From: Spirochaetia bacterium
GTDB taxonomy: Bacteria > Spirochaetota > Spirochaetia > DSM-2461
Assembly (NCBI GenBank): GCA_963666985.2
Contig: CAXXIA010000001.1
Location: forward strand, 1,024,001 to 1,088,000
Direction: 5' to 3'
Length of the DNA: 64,000 nucleotides
Shown piece by piece: positions 19,330 to 30,081 of this stretch (positions within the stretch are counted from its first letter, which is position 1; the number at the start of each line of letters is the position of its first letter). The notes under the pieces are model-generated. The model was not told where the DNA came from. It saw nothing but the letters and a program-made list of their open reading frames with translations, and did not search any database. A program made the translations under genes and the position numbers.

Positions 19330-19474
19330 CTAAAGCGCACTCTTGCGTTGACGCCGGTCCCTGACGCGTGGTATTTTCCCATGGAGTTTCACTTTGCACC
19401 GTCTTGGACGGTAGTATCCGAATGACTTCAACCAAATGGCCGTACGACCATCCGGCCATTCCACGGAAGGTTTC

Positions 19475-20992
19475 ATGTCAACAAAAACAAACAACAATTT
19501 CAAATCCGTGAAGACGACAGGATCGACCAACGGCATTCTCAAGACCATTGGTCTTGTTGTCGTGGGACTGGCGATTGTCGGCCTGGTTTTCACTTCCGTA
19601 TTCACCGGGAAAGGCGGTTCGACCAATAAAATCGTATTCGGCAGTTACGGCAATAAAGAAATCGTATACCGATACGACAATGCCTTCGGCCGTGCCGTAG
19701 AAGATGAAATGTCCAAATACCGCAACAGCGTGGATGAGGACAACCAATTCTTCTCTTTCGTTCGGTATATGGCTTGGCAGCAGGCTTTCAATTCCATCGT
19801 CGTGAATACGGCGATTGAGTATCATCTGGCGGACAGCGGTTATGAAGTATCGTCCCGAGCCGTCGACCGCCGAATTGTTGAATACGGCCCTTATAGAACA
19901 TCCGGTGAGTTCGATGAGGAAAAATACAGATCCGCTTCCGCCTCTCAGAAAGCCTCGGTTCGTGAACGGTTTAAAGAACAAATGACATTGGAAACTTGGA
20001 GTTCCGATGTTATCGACGGTCAGTACCATTCTCAGACACAATACGATTTTCTCGCGGAAATGAGGGCAGCGGTAAAAAGCTATCGGTACATAACCATCCC
20101 ATTTTCCGAATTCCCGGAAGAAAAAGTCATTGAATATGCTCAAGAGAACTCCGAATTATTTTCTCGAATGCCTGTCAGCCGTATAACCGTTAAAGAGGAA
20201 AAAGAAGCCGAAGAGATTCTCGGACTCTATGAAGAAAAACGCCGGGAAATGAATGCTTTCTCATCCCTCGCCGTCGAACATTCGGACGATGCTTATGCCG
20301 ATAACGGCGGATCCATGGGTGAAACCGATTATTTCAGTTTGACCGAAATCATCGGTAAGGATCATACCGATACCGTCTTTTCACTCTCGGAAGGCGATGT
20401 CGCCGGCCCCTTTGAAACCGAGTACGGATGGATGATTTTCCGTGCCGACGGAGAGCGCATGGAATCCGACCCGGCTTCACGAGTTAAAGATATCCGGACC
20501 TATATGCTTCAGAATGAAGTCGGCATTATTGAAGATGCCATGCTCGCCGCCGCATCCGACCTCAGAGAAAAAGCCGTTTCGTCGGATTCGTTTTCAACGG
20601 TCATGGAATCCGAAGGCTACACGGTTGAAACAACAGGCACTTTCCCTGTTAATTTCGGCGGCGATTCACTTCTCGGCGGATCACCCGAAGACGGCGGTGA
20701 TCCCGCTCTTTCGGGAACGGCTTCATCCGAGGATTTTTGGAATAAGATCGTCTCTCTCGATCGTATCGGCGAGGTTTCCCAGCCCATTGTTCTCACCGAT
20801 GCCGTCGGTCTGTTTTCTCTGGCCGAGACCGAAACCCTTGAAAATCTCGATTATTGGAAAGATCTGGTGAATTATGAAATTACACGGTCGAGGCAATCCG
20901 ATTTTAATCAAGCCGTTATGAATGACGATTCAGGCTTATTTAAAAACGAATTCAGCGAGACCTACGACGGTATTTTCAAAGTTCAAGGATAA
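19475..20992 (+). CDS. PpiD/SurA-like membrane-anchored peptidyl-prolyl isomerase/chaperone
   Basis: N-terminal TM segment; parvulin motifs FSSLAVEHSDD, NGGSMG, GDVAGPFETEYGWMIF. Confidence 0.8.
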   Translation: MSTKTNNNFKSVKTTGSTNGILKTIGLVVVGLAIVGLVFTSVFTGKGGSTNKIVFGSYGNKEIVYRYDNAFGRAVEDEMSKYRNSVDEDNQFFSFVRYMAWQQAFNSIVVNTAIEYHLADSGYEVSSRAVDRRIVEYGPYRTSGEFDEEKYRSASASQKASVRERFKEQMTLETWSSDVIDGQYHSQTQYDFLAEMRAAVKSYRYITIPFSEFPEEKVIEYAQENSELFSRMPVSRITVKEEKEAEEILGLYEEKRREMNAFSSLAVEHSDDAYADNGGSMGETDYFSLTEIIGKDHTDTVFSLSEGDVAGPFETEYGWMIFRADGERMESDPASRVKDIRTYMLQNEVGIIEDAMLAAASDLREKAVSSDSFSTVMESEGYTVETTGTFPVNFGGDSLLGGSPEDGGDPALSGTASSEDFWNKIVSLDRIGEVSQPIVLTDAVGLFSLAETETLENLDYWKDLVNYEITRSRQSDFNQAVMNDDSGLFKNEFSETYDGIFKVQG

Positions 20993-20993
20993 C

Positions 20994-22646
20994 ATGAGCG
21001 CAACCCGGCTGGAAATGACGGACCGGGGGCCGACCGTCATTCATGACGGGCGCTATTTGTATTCAAAGCGCGATCCTGTTCGGACTCCCGAGAGGATCGC
21101 GCAAACCGTTCCCGGAGAAGAACGCTGTCTGTATCTTCTCCCTTCGCCGCTTCTCGGATATGGATTGGAGATTCTCGCCGAGAGGATTCCTGAAAATTCC
21201 TTGATTCTCGCGTTTGAATTCTCCATCGAAATATTCGCTCTTTGTACCCCTGAAATACCGCAGAGGCTTCTGAATCATCCCTTAATCGAATGGGCCAGAC
21301 TTTCCGACACCCCATCCATGGCCGTTCTTCTGGATCGAATCGGTTTATGGAAATTCAGACGGATTAAACGCGTCGATATAAACGGCGGGGTTTCCGTTCA
21401 TCCCGAGCTCTATAATTCTCTCTGTGACTTCGCCGAAGGGCGTCTTGTGAATTATTGGAAGAACAGGCATACCCTGGGAAGGATGGGGCGAAGCTGGATA
21501 CGGCATTTATTTTCCAATCTGATCGCCGCCTCAAGGGCCGACTTAACTCCCGGAAAATCCTTTTCGGGACCATCTTCACAAATGACCGTTATCGTCGGCG
21601 CCGGTCCTTCACTCGATGAGAGTCTGACTTTTCTAAAGCAGCACAGAAAACTCATCCGAATCATCAGTACCGATACGGCATTGTCTTCTCTTCTTTCATC
21701 GGGGATTCGTCCCGATGCCGTGTCCATTTTGGAAACTCAAGCCTGGAATCTGCTTGATTTCCACGGAGCGGTCAACAGCGAAATCCCTCTTCTTGCGGAC
21801 ATGACCTCCTACCCTCCTTCAATGACCGTTACCGGCGGACCGCTGATACCTTTTTCAACCGCTTTTGCCGAATTGAATCTTTTCGACCGATTAAAGAAAG
21901 CGGATTTACGTCCGATGCCGCTGGCCCCGCTGGGTTCCGTAGGACTCTCATCCGTCGAATTGGCCATCCGTCTTTTCTCCGGTCCCATTCTTCTTGTCGG
22001 AATCGATTTCGGATATATGCCGGGGAAAAGTCACGCAAGAGGCACTTCCGTCCATCAATGGCAGCTTATAACTCGGAATCGCACGGATCCGTATCCGGGA
22101 TTCCATGCATCGGTGCTCAGGCCGAAAATCATGGCCCGAGATGCTCAAAAAAAGCCTTATCGTACGGACGGTGTTCTTAAGGGTTATGCCGATCTTTTTA
22201 TCGATTGTTATGCGAAAGATGAAAGAATATTTGTTCTGGAACCCGGCGGGATAGACCTTTCGCGGCCCCTGATAAGCGCATCCGAAGCCGCCGAACTCGC
22301 ATGGAAGGCCGCAAGTCAAGAGACGCATCCCCCGGCGGTTGACCGTGAAAAGCAAAACAAGAATTCCTTCACTCCCGAACCGGAACCGGTGCTTCCGCAA
22401 TCCGCGGCCGCTGATTTTCTCAGAGGTGAACGTGAACGCTTCAACAAGGTTATCGAGGCCTGGGATTGCTATGCGTTAAAGCAAGGATCATCCGAAGCGA
22501 TCGTAAAAGCCCTCGGCCAAATTGATTATATATACTGTGATTTTCCCGATGATCCGCCTCTCCCAAAAGACGAGACATCCTTTCTCGTCAGAGCCGTCAA
22601 ACGGGTGAGAGAATTAAAAAGACTGATGGAACGATCCGGCATCTGA
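20994..22646 (+). CDS. DUF115 / Maf (motility-associated factor)-like protein
   Basis: YLYSKRDP, VIVGAGPSL, TDTAL...GIRPD, GSVG, LVGIDFGY..GKSH. Confidence 0.8.
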   Translation: MSATRLEMTDRGPTVIHDGRYLYSKRDPVRTPERIAQTVPGEERCLYLLPSPLLGYGLEILAERIPENSLILAFEFSIEIFALCTPEIPQRLLNHPLIEWARLSDTPSMAVLLDRIGLWKFRRIKRVDINGGVSVHPELYNSLCDFAEGRLVNYWKNRHTLGRMGRSWIRHLFSNLIAASRADLTPGKSFSGPSSQMTVIVGAGPSLDESLTFLKQHRKLIRIISTDTALSSLLSSGIRPDAVSILETQAWNLLDFHGAVNSEIPLLADMTSYPPSMTVTGGPLIPFSTAFAELNLFDRLKKADLRPMPLAPLGSVGLSSVELAIRLFSGPILLVGIDFGYMPGKSHARGTSVHQWQLITRNRTDPYPGFHASVLRPKIMARDAQKKPYRTDGVLKGYADLFIDCYAKDERIFVLEPGGIDLSRPLISASEAAELAWKAASQETHPPAVDREKQNKNSFTPEPEPVLPQSAAADFLRGERERFNKVIEAWDCYALKQGSSEAIVKALGQIDYIYCDFPDDPPLPKDETSFLVRAVKRVRELKRLMERSGI

Positions 22647-22734
22647 GGTTTCGGCTGTCGGAAGACTTCGGCTCTTTGGATGAATTCTCAAAAATTAACC
22701 GAGCTTGATCCGACGCCGTTCGCTGAGAATCCAA

Positions 22735-24549
22735 TCAGGAATCATCATCATCGGTTTTTAAGACGGCGAGGAAAGCGCTCTGCGGCAGCTCCACGTTGCC
22801 GACCATCTTCATGCGCTTTTTGCCTTCTTTCTGCTTTTCAAGCAGCTTGCGCTTTCGAGAAATATCACCGCCGTAACATTTGGCCGTAACATCTTTTCGA
22901 AGCGCACTGATGGTTTCCCTGGCAATAATGCCGCCGCCGATGGCCGCCTGAATGGGGATTTTGAACTGCTGGCGGGGAATCTCGTTCCGCAGCTTCTTAC
23001 AGACCAGTCTTCCCCGGCTTTGAGCATTCTCTCTGAAAACCAGCTGGCTTAAGGCGTCCACAGGATCACCGTTGACCAAAATGTCCATTTTAACCAAATC
23101 GGTCCGCTGATATTCGGTAACCTCGTAATCGAAAGACGCGTATCCTCGGCTGACCGACTTCAGTTTATCGTAGAAATCGAAAAGCACTTCACCGAGGGGC
23201 ATGTCGTAAATCAGTTCCACCCTCTTTTCATCCAGATAAGTCATATCCCGCTGAACGCCTCTCTTATTCAAACAGAGCGTCATCAAGGGGCCGAGGTATT
23301 CCGTAGGTGTGATGATGGTGGCTTTGATATAAGGCTCTTCAGATCCCTCTATACTGCCCGGGTCGGGGAAGTTCGCCGGATTGTCGAGCATATAGGGATC
23401 ACCTTTTTTCGGAATGATCTTATAGCGGACGGACGGACTTGTCAGAACGATGTTCAGACCGAATTCCCGTTCAAGCCGTTCTTGCACGACTTCCAAATGA
23501 AGCAGTCCCAGAAAGCCGCATCGGAAACCGAATCCCAGCGCCGCCGAGGAATCCTTTTCCCAAACCAGCGAGGCGTCGTTGAGCTTCAGCTTGTCCAAAG
23601 CCGTATGCAGTTCCTCGTACTGATCCGTATCCACGGGATAAATCGATGAAAAAACCACGGGCTTGACTTCGCGGAAGCCCGAGAGCGGCTTTTCGGACGG
23701 ACGCGATGCATCCGTTACCGTATCACCGACCCTGATATCCCTGATGGTTTTAATACCGGCGATGAACCAGCCGACATCTCCGGCGTCCAGGCGGCCCGTC
23801 CGTTTAAGACTGAGACGGAATTCTCCAACCTCTTCCACTTTGTAATCAACACCGCCGGCCATAAGACGGATCACACTGCCTTCCTTCAAGGAACCGTCGA
23901 AAACGCGGATATGTATGATAACGCCTCGATAAGGATCGTAGTGGGAATCGAAAATCAGCGCTTTCAGTGAGGCGCTTCGGTCGCCTTTCGGCGCGGGGAT
24001 ATATTCCACCAGGGAATTCAGGAGTTGCAAGACGCCTTCTCCGGTTTTCGCCGAAACCGGAACCGCCATCTCGCCGATAAGTCCCAGATCATGATCAATC
24101 TGGTGCCTAACGGCTTCGATATCCGCGCTGGGAAGATCCATTTTATTCACGACCGGCAGAATTTCCAAATCGTGTTCGAGCGCCATGTACATATTGGAAA
24201 TCGTCTGTGCTTCAACACCTTGGGTGGCATCGATCAGCAGCAGCGCCCCTTCACAGGAGGCAATGGCTCTGCTCACTTCGTAGGAGAAATCCACATGCCC
24301 CGGAGTGTCGACGAGATTCAGCCTGTATTTAGCTCCGTCCGCGGCCTCGAAATCGATGGTGACCGCCTGGCTTTTTATCGTAATGCCGCGCTCCTGCTCA
24401 ATGTCCATGGAATCGAGCATTTGATTGTGAAACTCCCGATCGGAGACCATGTGGGCGTGCTGGAGAAATCTGTCCGCGAGAGTCGATTTTCCATGATCAA
24501 TATGCGCAATGATGCAGAAATTTCGTGTGTGTGACTGATCCGTGGCCAT
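22735..24549 (-). CDS. lepA: Elongation factor 4
   Basis: RNFCIIAHIDHGKSTLADR, DTPGHVDF, GFRCGFLGLLH, KCYGGDISRKRKLLEKQKEGKKRMK. Confidence 0.99.
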   Translation of the reverse strand: MATDQSHTRNFCIIAHIDHGKSTLADRFLQHAHMVSDREFHNQMLDSMDIEQERGITIKSQAVTIDFEAADGAKYRLNLVDTPGHVDFSYEVSRAIASCEGALLLIDATQGVEAQTISNMYMALEHDLEILPVVNKMDLPSADIEAVRHQIDHDLGLIGEMAVPVSAKTGEGVLQLLNSLVEYIPAPKGDRSASLKALIFDSHYDPYRGVIIHIRVFDGSLKEGSVIRLMAGGVDYKVEEVGEFRLSLKRTGRLDAGDVGWFIAGIKTIRDIRVGDTVTDASRPSEKPLSGFREVKPVVFSSIYPVDTDQYEELHTALDKLKLNDASLVWEKDSSAALGFGFRCGFLGLLHLEVVQERLEREFGLNIVLTSPSVRYKIIPKKGDPYMLDNPANFPDPGSIEGSEEPYIKATIITPTEYLGPLMTLCLNKRGVQRDMTYLDEKRVELIYDMPLGEVLFDFYDKLKSVSRGYASFDYEVTEYQRTDLVKMDILVNGDPVDALSQLVFRENAQSRGRLVCKKLRNEIPRQQFKIPIQAAIGGGIIARETISALRKDVTAKCYGGDISRKRKLLEKQKEGKKRMKMVGNVELPQSAFLAVLKTDDDDS

Positions 24550-24659
24550 GGAGGCGATTATAGCGGGAGCGATTGACTGTGTCGACGAGGCTGGAGGCAC
24601 GAAACTCTCCATCGAAGATCCGCACCTCTTAGAGCCCGATTACCCGGTTCCCGGAGTCT

Positions 24660-26417
24660 CTAAAAAACCGTATTAACATCCAGATAAGAAGCAATCTGAA
24701 CGGCTGATTCCAGGAATCCCGCTTTTCTCCCCTTCAGGACGATTTGTATGGCCACGATATCGTACTCTTCATCATGAATCCATTTTCGCAAGGAAAAGGT
24801 ATCTCCGGGCATAAAACCGGTTTCATCGGCGATGGAACCGGGAAGGACGGAAACGACTCTGTAATTCTGATTAATCCCGCTCCCGCTGATACGTTCCAGA
24901 GTAAATCCGAAAAGCGGAGTAAGTAAATGTTCTCTCGCATCTCTTGTCAAAGCCGTTTTCAAAGGGACATCCGGTCGTACTCCCAAGGCGGCCGTCCCTG
25001 TAATGCCGGCGCCGTCTCTCTCCCACTCCAAAGAAACCAGAGTGGCGGGAAGAGTGGTTACCAGATACTCCTGAAGCTTTTTTATCGTTCTAAACGGAAT
25101 GCCGTTTACCGATGATATGACATCTCCTGCGAGGATTCCGGCATCGGACGCGGGCGATCCGGGAACAACGTATGTCGCCTCGATTCGGCCTCCGTGGTCC
25201 CATGCCGCGATTCCGAGCCAGGGGATTTCGACATTCCCGCCGTCGTAGAGCAACGGAAGAAGTTCTTTGGCGTATTCGCCCGGTATGGCGAAATTCACGC
25301 CTTCGAAGTCCTGGACTCCCGCAAAGACAACGCCGATAACCTCCCCGTTTCCATTAAGAAGCGGCCCGCCGCTGTTTCCCGGATTGATGGGAACATCAAT
25401 CTGCAGCGATCCCGCCATCGGCTGAACAGAACGGGCGTAGGCCGAAACGGTTCCCGAAGTGAGCGTTCTGGTCAGACCGCCCGGCGAACCGATGGCATAG
25501 ATATTCTCACCCAAATCGGGCGAATCCTTTCCGGAAAAACTGAATACATAGGGAACATCCATTTCCGTTTTCAGCAATGCCAGATCAAAATTTTTGTCGT
25601 ATCCGATCACTTTCGCCGGAATACGTTCGCCGGATTCATCGTCGGTTTTGATATACAGCCTGGAATATCCCTGATAGGTCGGATCGACTTCACTTTCAAT
25701 AACATGATAATTCGTAAGAATGTAGCCTTCGGGATCAATAAAAAAACCGGAGCCTATTCCCCTATCCGGGATTCCGACATTCCCGACCAGCCGTATTCCC
25801 CGATTCACCCAAACCGTAACGGTGCCTTGAAGCAACGGCTTCATTCCCGGTGATTCGGCTTTATCATTTCCGAGAAGCAAATCCGCGGCGGTTTTATGCC
25901 CGAGATTTTGGAATTCCCGGGCAAGTTCCGTACGGATTTCAGGCTGAAGCGAATCGATATCGATTTTCGTTTGAACAAGAACAGCCGCGGCACCGCTTTT
26001 TCCATCTTCAAGATAGGAACGGATGCCATCGAGGATTATCTGCTGTTCGGTAATATCTCCCGAAGCTTCACTGATGTCCAAAACGTCAAAAGACCTGAGA
26101 TAAACAAGAGAACGGCGCCAATCCCCGTCGGTTCGCGCGGCTCCCCATTCGGCCTTTAATCCCGCGACGGCCTGATTATAGAATTTCGAGACATCTTCGC
26201 CTTGACGAATTTTACCGTCTATAAGAGGAATGGCTCTCAGGTTGTCACCTTCTTCAATGAGCCGTTCAATCCGTTCCAGGGAGATGTCGCCCGAAGAGAA
26301 AAACTGGCTGTTTTCTTCCGAAGGGATCGAACGGCACGAATTCAGAAGAAAGAAAATAATGACGATAGAGAAAAATACGGCCGCTTTTTGAGGCTTATGA
26401 AATAAAAATACCTGCAT
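24660..26417 (-). CDS. S1C serine protease lipoprotein with PDZ domains
   Basis: Lipobox LLNSC; GSGFFI, LTNYHVI, INPGNSGGPL; PDZ (VVPGSPASDAGI). Confidence 0.9.
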   Translation of the reverse strand: MQVFLFHKPQKAAVFFSIVIIFFLLNSCRSIPSEENSQFFSSGDISLERIERLIEEGDNLRAIPLIDGKIRQGEDVSKFYNQAVAGLKAEWGAARTDGDWRRSLVYLRSFDVLDISEASGDITEQQIILDGIRSYLEDGKSGAAAVLVQTKIDIDSLQPEIRTELAREFQNLGHKTAADLLLGNDKAESPGMKPLLQGTVTVWVNRGIRLVGNVGIPDRGIGSGFFIDPEGYILTNYHVIESEVDPTYQGYSRLYIKTDDESGERIPAKVIGYDKNFDLALLKTEMDVPYVFSFSGKDSPDLGENIYAIGSPGGLTRTLTSGTVSAYARSVQPMAGSLQIDVPINPGNSGGPLLNGNGEVIGVVFAGVQDFEGVNFAIPGEYAKELLPLLYDGGNVEIPWLGIAAWDHGGRIEATYVVPGSPASDAGILAGDVISSVNGIPFRTIKKLQEYLVTTLPATLVSLEWERDGAGITGTAALGVRPDVPLKTALTRDAREHLLTPLFGFTLERISGSGINQNYRVVSVLPGSIADETGFMPGDTFSLRKWIHDEEYDIVAIQIVLKGRKAGFLESAVQIASYLDVNTVF

Positions 26418-28195
26418 TACTTATCCCAAGGTGTCCAATCGGAGGCTTTCCAGGGGAAAAGATCTTCAACCCCGGCCTCCGTAATCATTAATTCGGAAGT
26501 CGATTCACTGCCGTCGGGCAAGAGAAATCGTCTTGCATCCATCCATTCATCTCCATTCAAATCCCAGGCCTGGATTTCAAAAAAACTCTCCAGGGCCCAA
26601 TCTTTCATATATAACGGTACTCCCGTTTCTCCGGGATCCCAAGCGAGACCGACCATTTTTCCGTTCTCATAGCGCTCGTAGATTTCCCAGATTCTTTTTT
26701 CGGGATTCTCCCGCGAAGTACCGAATGATCTGCGGGCGGCCGCCGGAATACCGTCCCTGTAGAGAATCTGACGCGTCCAAACGGGATGATCCGGATTTTC
26801 ATTCAAAAAACCCGATTCCTGCGCGAATATGGGATACCCTCCGGATAATGTCGTTTTGGCCCGCACAAATCCTTCTTCCGCGGTTTCCTCAACGGTAACA
26901 TTTCGGGCCGCTTCCCAGAATTCGGGGATATTCCAATGCGGCCCGGCCGGTTTTCCCCAATAAGGATTGCCGTTCGTCGGGTCCCATGAGAGAGCTCCGG
27001 GATTGAAGGAAACGGTTACGGCGGTCCGATCGTTTTTCGCCAAAACCGAAAGAATTTCGGGAAAGGCGTTTTTCTCATAATAAACCGATAGCCGTTCGTT
27101 ACCGTAAAGGACGAAAAACGGCCCCGAAGGATCGTATTCAAACTCCCATTCGTATCGGCCGTCCTGATCCGAATCAATCCGGCGGGAGTTAACCTTCCCG
27201 TTCACCATTCGAATCAGTTCCTCCGGGTATCCGTCGTAATTGGCGTCGGATGAGAGCAAGCCTGTAAAATTTTCATATTCCTTGGATAAATCGCATCCCA
27301 AACGTCTTGCCAGCGCCAAATCCCGGCCCGGAGGGGCGGCTGAAGGCCGGGAAACACCCGCCGAGATCCATCCCAAATCTTCAAGTACGGGGTGGTACTT
27401 CTCATCCAAGACACGCTTCAGCGCAGCCGTTTCATCAGCCGCGAAATATCCGGCAAGCAGCCAAGGAAGAAGAGCTTCCGACATTCCGGGCCATCTTCTT
27501 GATGTCGGTTCCGCTTGGATAAAAGCGTTCCGGTTTCCAGCGGCCATCGCCAAAGCGTGGAAGGCACTCATCGTCGATCCGAAATCATTTCCAAGCTCAT
27601 TTAAGTCCGTTGAAGAATCGGCCAGAGCTTCCCCTTTTAAGGCCAGTTCTCCCGCCCGTTCATCAAGCCCCAGATACAAGGAGGCTCTGGCCGCCGCGTA
27701 AATGAGAACCGGATCGTTCTTTTCCCCGCGAGGCCATTGGTCGTAGCGGTCTCCGAGGGCCCGATATTCTTTCAGCCTGAGAGCAAGAGAACTCCAAAGT
27801 ACGGCCCTTGAACGAAAATCGGTTATCCAAAAATCATTTTCTCCGGTTTTGTCCAATGCGAGAGCAAGTTGTTCATAGGCTTCCCGGAGAGCCGATTGTT
27901 CGGTTTCGGAAGTTTGATAACCGCCCAAAAGGAGTTTCGCTTCCAAATAGAAAAAGTCGGAATTCCCCGAAACAAATTCACCGGCGGTTTCCCAGGCTTT
28001 TCCGGCCTGTTCTAAGATTTCAGGATTTCCTTCAGAATCCGCCAGAAGATCCGAAGCCCGTTCCAGCCAAAGCCTGGCAACAACCGATTCGATATTCTCA
28101 TGTTCCTCATCCGCATAAAGAACCACCGATACGGCTGTTAAAAAAAGACAGAATAACAGTCTTCGATTCGGCAATCCCCGTCGGAGGTTCTTCAC
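26417..28195 (-). CDS. Exported hypothetical protein
   Basis: Signal peptide; 592-aa ORF overlapping both neighbours (GTGA, TAATG). Confidence 0.8.
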   Translation of the reverse strand: MKNLRRGLPNRRLLFCLFLTAVSVVLYADEEHENIESVVARLWLERASDLLADSEGNPEILEQAGKAWETAGEFVSGNSDFFYLEAKLLLGGYQTSETEQSALREAYEQLALALDKTGENDFWITDFRSRAVLWSSLALRLKEYRALGDRYDQWPRGEKNDPVLIYAAARASLYLGLDERAGELALKGEALADSSTDLNELGNDFGSTMSAFHALAMAAGNRNAFIQAEPTSRRWPGMSEALLPWLLAGYFAADETAALKRVLDEKYHPVLEDLGWISAGVSRPSAAPPGRDLALARRLGCDLSKEYENFTGLLSSDANYDGYPEELIRMVNGKVNSRRIDSDQDGRYEWEFEYDPSGPFFVLYGNERLSVYYEKNAFPEILSVLAKNDRTAVTVSFNPGALSWDPTNGNPYWGKPAGPHWNIPEFWEAARNVTVEETAEEGFVRAKTTLSGGYPIFAQESGFLNENPDHPVWTRQILYRDGIPAAARRSFGTSRENPEKRIWEIYERYENGKMVGLAWDPGETGVPLYMKDWALESFFEIQAWDLNGDEWMDARRFLLPDGSESTSELMITEAGVEDLFPWKASDWTPWDK

Positions 28196-30081
28196 GTTGC
28201 GAAGGCCGTCCCTTTTTCATCAGGCAACTCGGATTCACTCATTTTTTTCACTTTTCCGGATTCCAAACCCCAAAGATCGCGGATTTCGGCATCATCAAGA
28301 GTTTCGCGCTCCATAAGAGCCTCGGTGAGGGAATCGAGTTTCTTTTTTTCCTTTTTGAGAATATCACGGGCCTTTTTTAAGGCCGTATTCAAAATGGAAC
28401 GGATTTCCTCGTCGATCATCCTGGCCGTATCATCGGAATAATCGGCATGCTGGGCAATTTCTTTGCCGATGAAAATAGGAGCGTCTCCGCTTCCGAAGGC
28501 AACCGGGCCGAGAGAACTCATCCCCCATTCGCAGACCATTTTTCTCGCCAGATCCGTCGCCTGCCGTATATCGCTCTGTGCTCCCGATGACGTCTCGCTG
28601 TAAATAAGTTCTTCCGCGGCATATCCCCCGTAGAGGACCGCGAGCTGAGCTTTCGCCATTCCCACGCCCTGACTGTAGCGGTCTTTCTCGGGAAGACTGA
28701 ACGTAACTCCCAGTGCTCGGCCTCTCGGGACGATTGTGACTTTGTGAATGGGATCGGCTTTTTCCTGGAAATAATGCAAAAGGGCGTGCCCGGCTTCATG
28801 ATAAGCGGTCATGCGCTTTTCATCTTCGCTCATCGCCAGACTGTGCCTGGCCGTGCCCATGAGTATTTTGTCGCGAGCTTCCTCGAAATCGCCCATAACA
28901 ACCCGTTCTCTTCCGGCTCTTCCGGCAAAAAGAGCCGCTTCATTAACGATGTTCGCGATATCGGCTCCGGAAGATCCCGGAGTTGCTCTGGCGACGACAC
29001 TCAAATCCACGTTTTGGGCCATGGTGATTTTCTTGGAGTGGATTCTCAGTATGGCTTCCCGTTCCTTAACATCCGGCATGGCCACGACGACCTGCCGATC
29101 GAATCTTCCGGGTCTGAGAAGCGCGGGATCCAAAACATCCGGACGGTTCGTGGCCGCGACAATAATAACGCCCTTATCCGTATCGAATCCGTCCATCTCC
29201 ACCAAAAGCTGGTTCAACGTCTGCTCCCGCTCGTCGTGGCCGCCTCCGTAGCCGGCGCCTCGGGTTCGGCCCACGGCGTCGATTTCATCGATGAACAGTA
29301 TGCAGGGAGCGTTTTTCCGTCCCTGTTCGAATAAATCCCGTACGCGGCTGGCTCCCACACCGACAAACATCTCGACAAAATCGGAGCCCGACATATGGAA
29401 AAACGGAACACCGGCCTCTCCGGCCACGGCCTTGGCCATCAGTGTTTTTCCGGTTCCCGGCTGCCCGACAAGGAGAACACCCTTGGGAATTTTCGCGCCG
29501 AGCCGAGTAAATCTTTCGGGGGATTTCAGAAACTCGACGATTTCCTCCAGTTCATATTTCGCTTCCTTCTGCCCCGCGACATCTTGGAAGGTTATTTTGT
29601 CTTTGGTTACATCGTAGCGCTTCGCCCGGCTTCTTCCGAAAGACATGGCGCCTTTACCGCCGCCCTGAACATTTCGGTACATCCAAATAATAAAACCGAA
29701 AAGCAGAAGAATCGGAAGAAGCTGAAGAAGAATGGAGCCGATGGAAACACCTTTTGTGTCGCCTCTTACGGTAACGCCGCTTTGTTCCAATGCCGGGAGA
29801 AGATTATCATCAAAATAGGGTATGATCGTTGTGAAGCCGACCGACCTGTTGTTCATGTCGTATCGCCTGCCCCTTATTTCCCTCATATCGAGTATCGTAA
29901 CCTTTTCGATATTGCCCGACTGAAGCTCGGCCATGAACTGAGAATAGGTAATTTCATCAACTCCGTTTGATTTTGTCAGGGAAACGAAAAAAAGAAACAG
30001 GATTACAAGTCCTGCTATGAGCAGGAACGCGGTGCGGTTGCCCATGTCGAAATGGGGTTTGTTGTCGTTTTTATCAGGCAT
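28192..30081 (-). CDS. ftsH: ATP-dependent zinc metalloprotease FtsH
   Basis: Two TM segments, [39 protein letters not shown]. Confidence 0.99.
   Translation of the reverse strand: MPDKNDNKPHFDMGNRTAFLLIAGLVILFLFFVSLTKSNGVDEITYSQFMAELQSGNIEKVTILDMREIRGRRYDMNNRSVGFTTIIPYFDDNLLPALEQSGVTVRGDTKGVSIGSILLQLLPILLLFGFIIWMYRNVQGGGKGAMSFGRSRAKRYDVTKDKITFQDVAGQKEAKYELEEIVEFLKSPERFTRLGAKIPKGVLLVGQPGTGKTLMAKAVAGEAGVPFFHMSGSDFVEMFVGVGASRVRDLFEQGRKNAPCILFIDEIDAVGRTRGAGYGGGHDEREQTLNQLLVEMDGFDTDKGVIIVAATNRPDVLDPALLRPGRFDRQVVVAMPDVKEREAILRIHSKKITMAQNVDLSVVARATPGSSGADIANIVNEAALFAGRAGRERVVMGDFEEARDKILMGTARHSLAMSEDEKRMTAYHEAGHALLHYFQEKADPIHKVTIVPRGRALGVTFSLPEKDRYSQGVGMAKAQLAVLYGGYAAEELIYSETSSGAQSDIRQATDLARKMVCEWGMSSLGPVAFGSGDAPIFIGKEIAQHADYSDDTARMIDEEIRSILNTALKKARDILKKEKKKLDSLTEALMERETLDDAEIRDLWGLESGKVKKMSESELPDEKGTAFAT

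Noticed and set aside
18704..19459. ORFs across the repeat/tRNA region
   Set aside because: Translations of the repeats and of tRNA sense/antisense sequence; no protein motifs.
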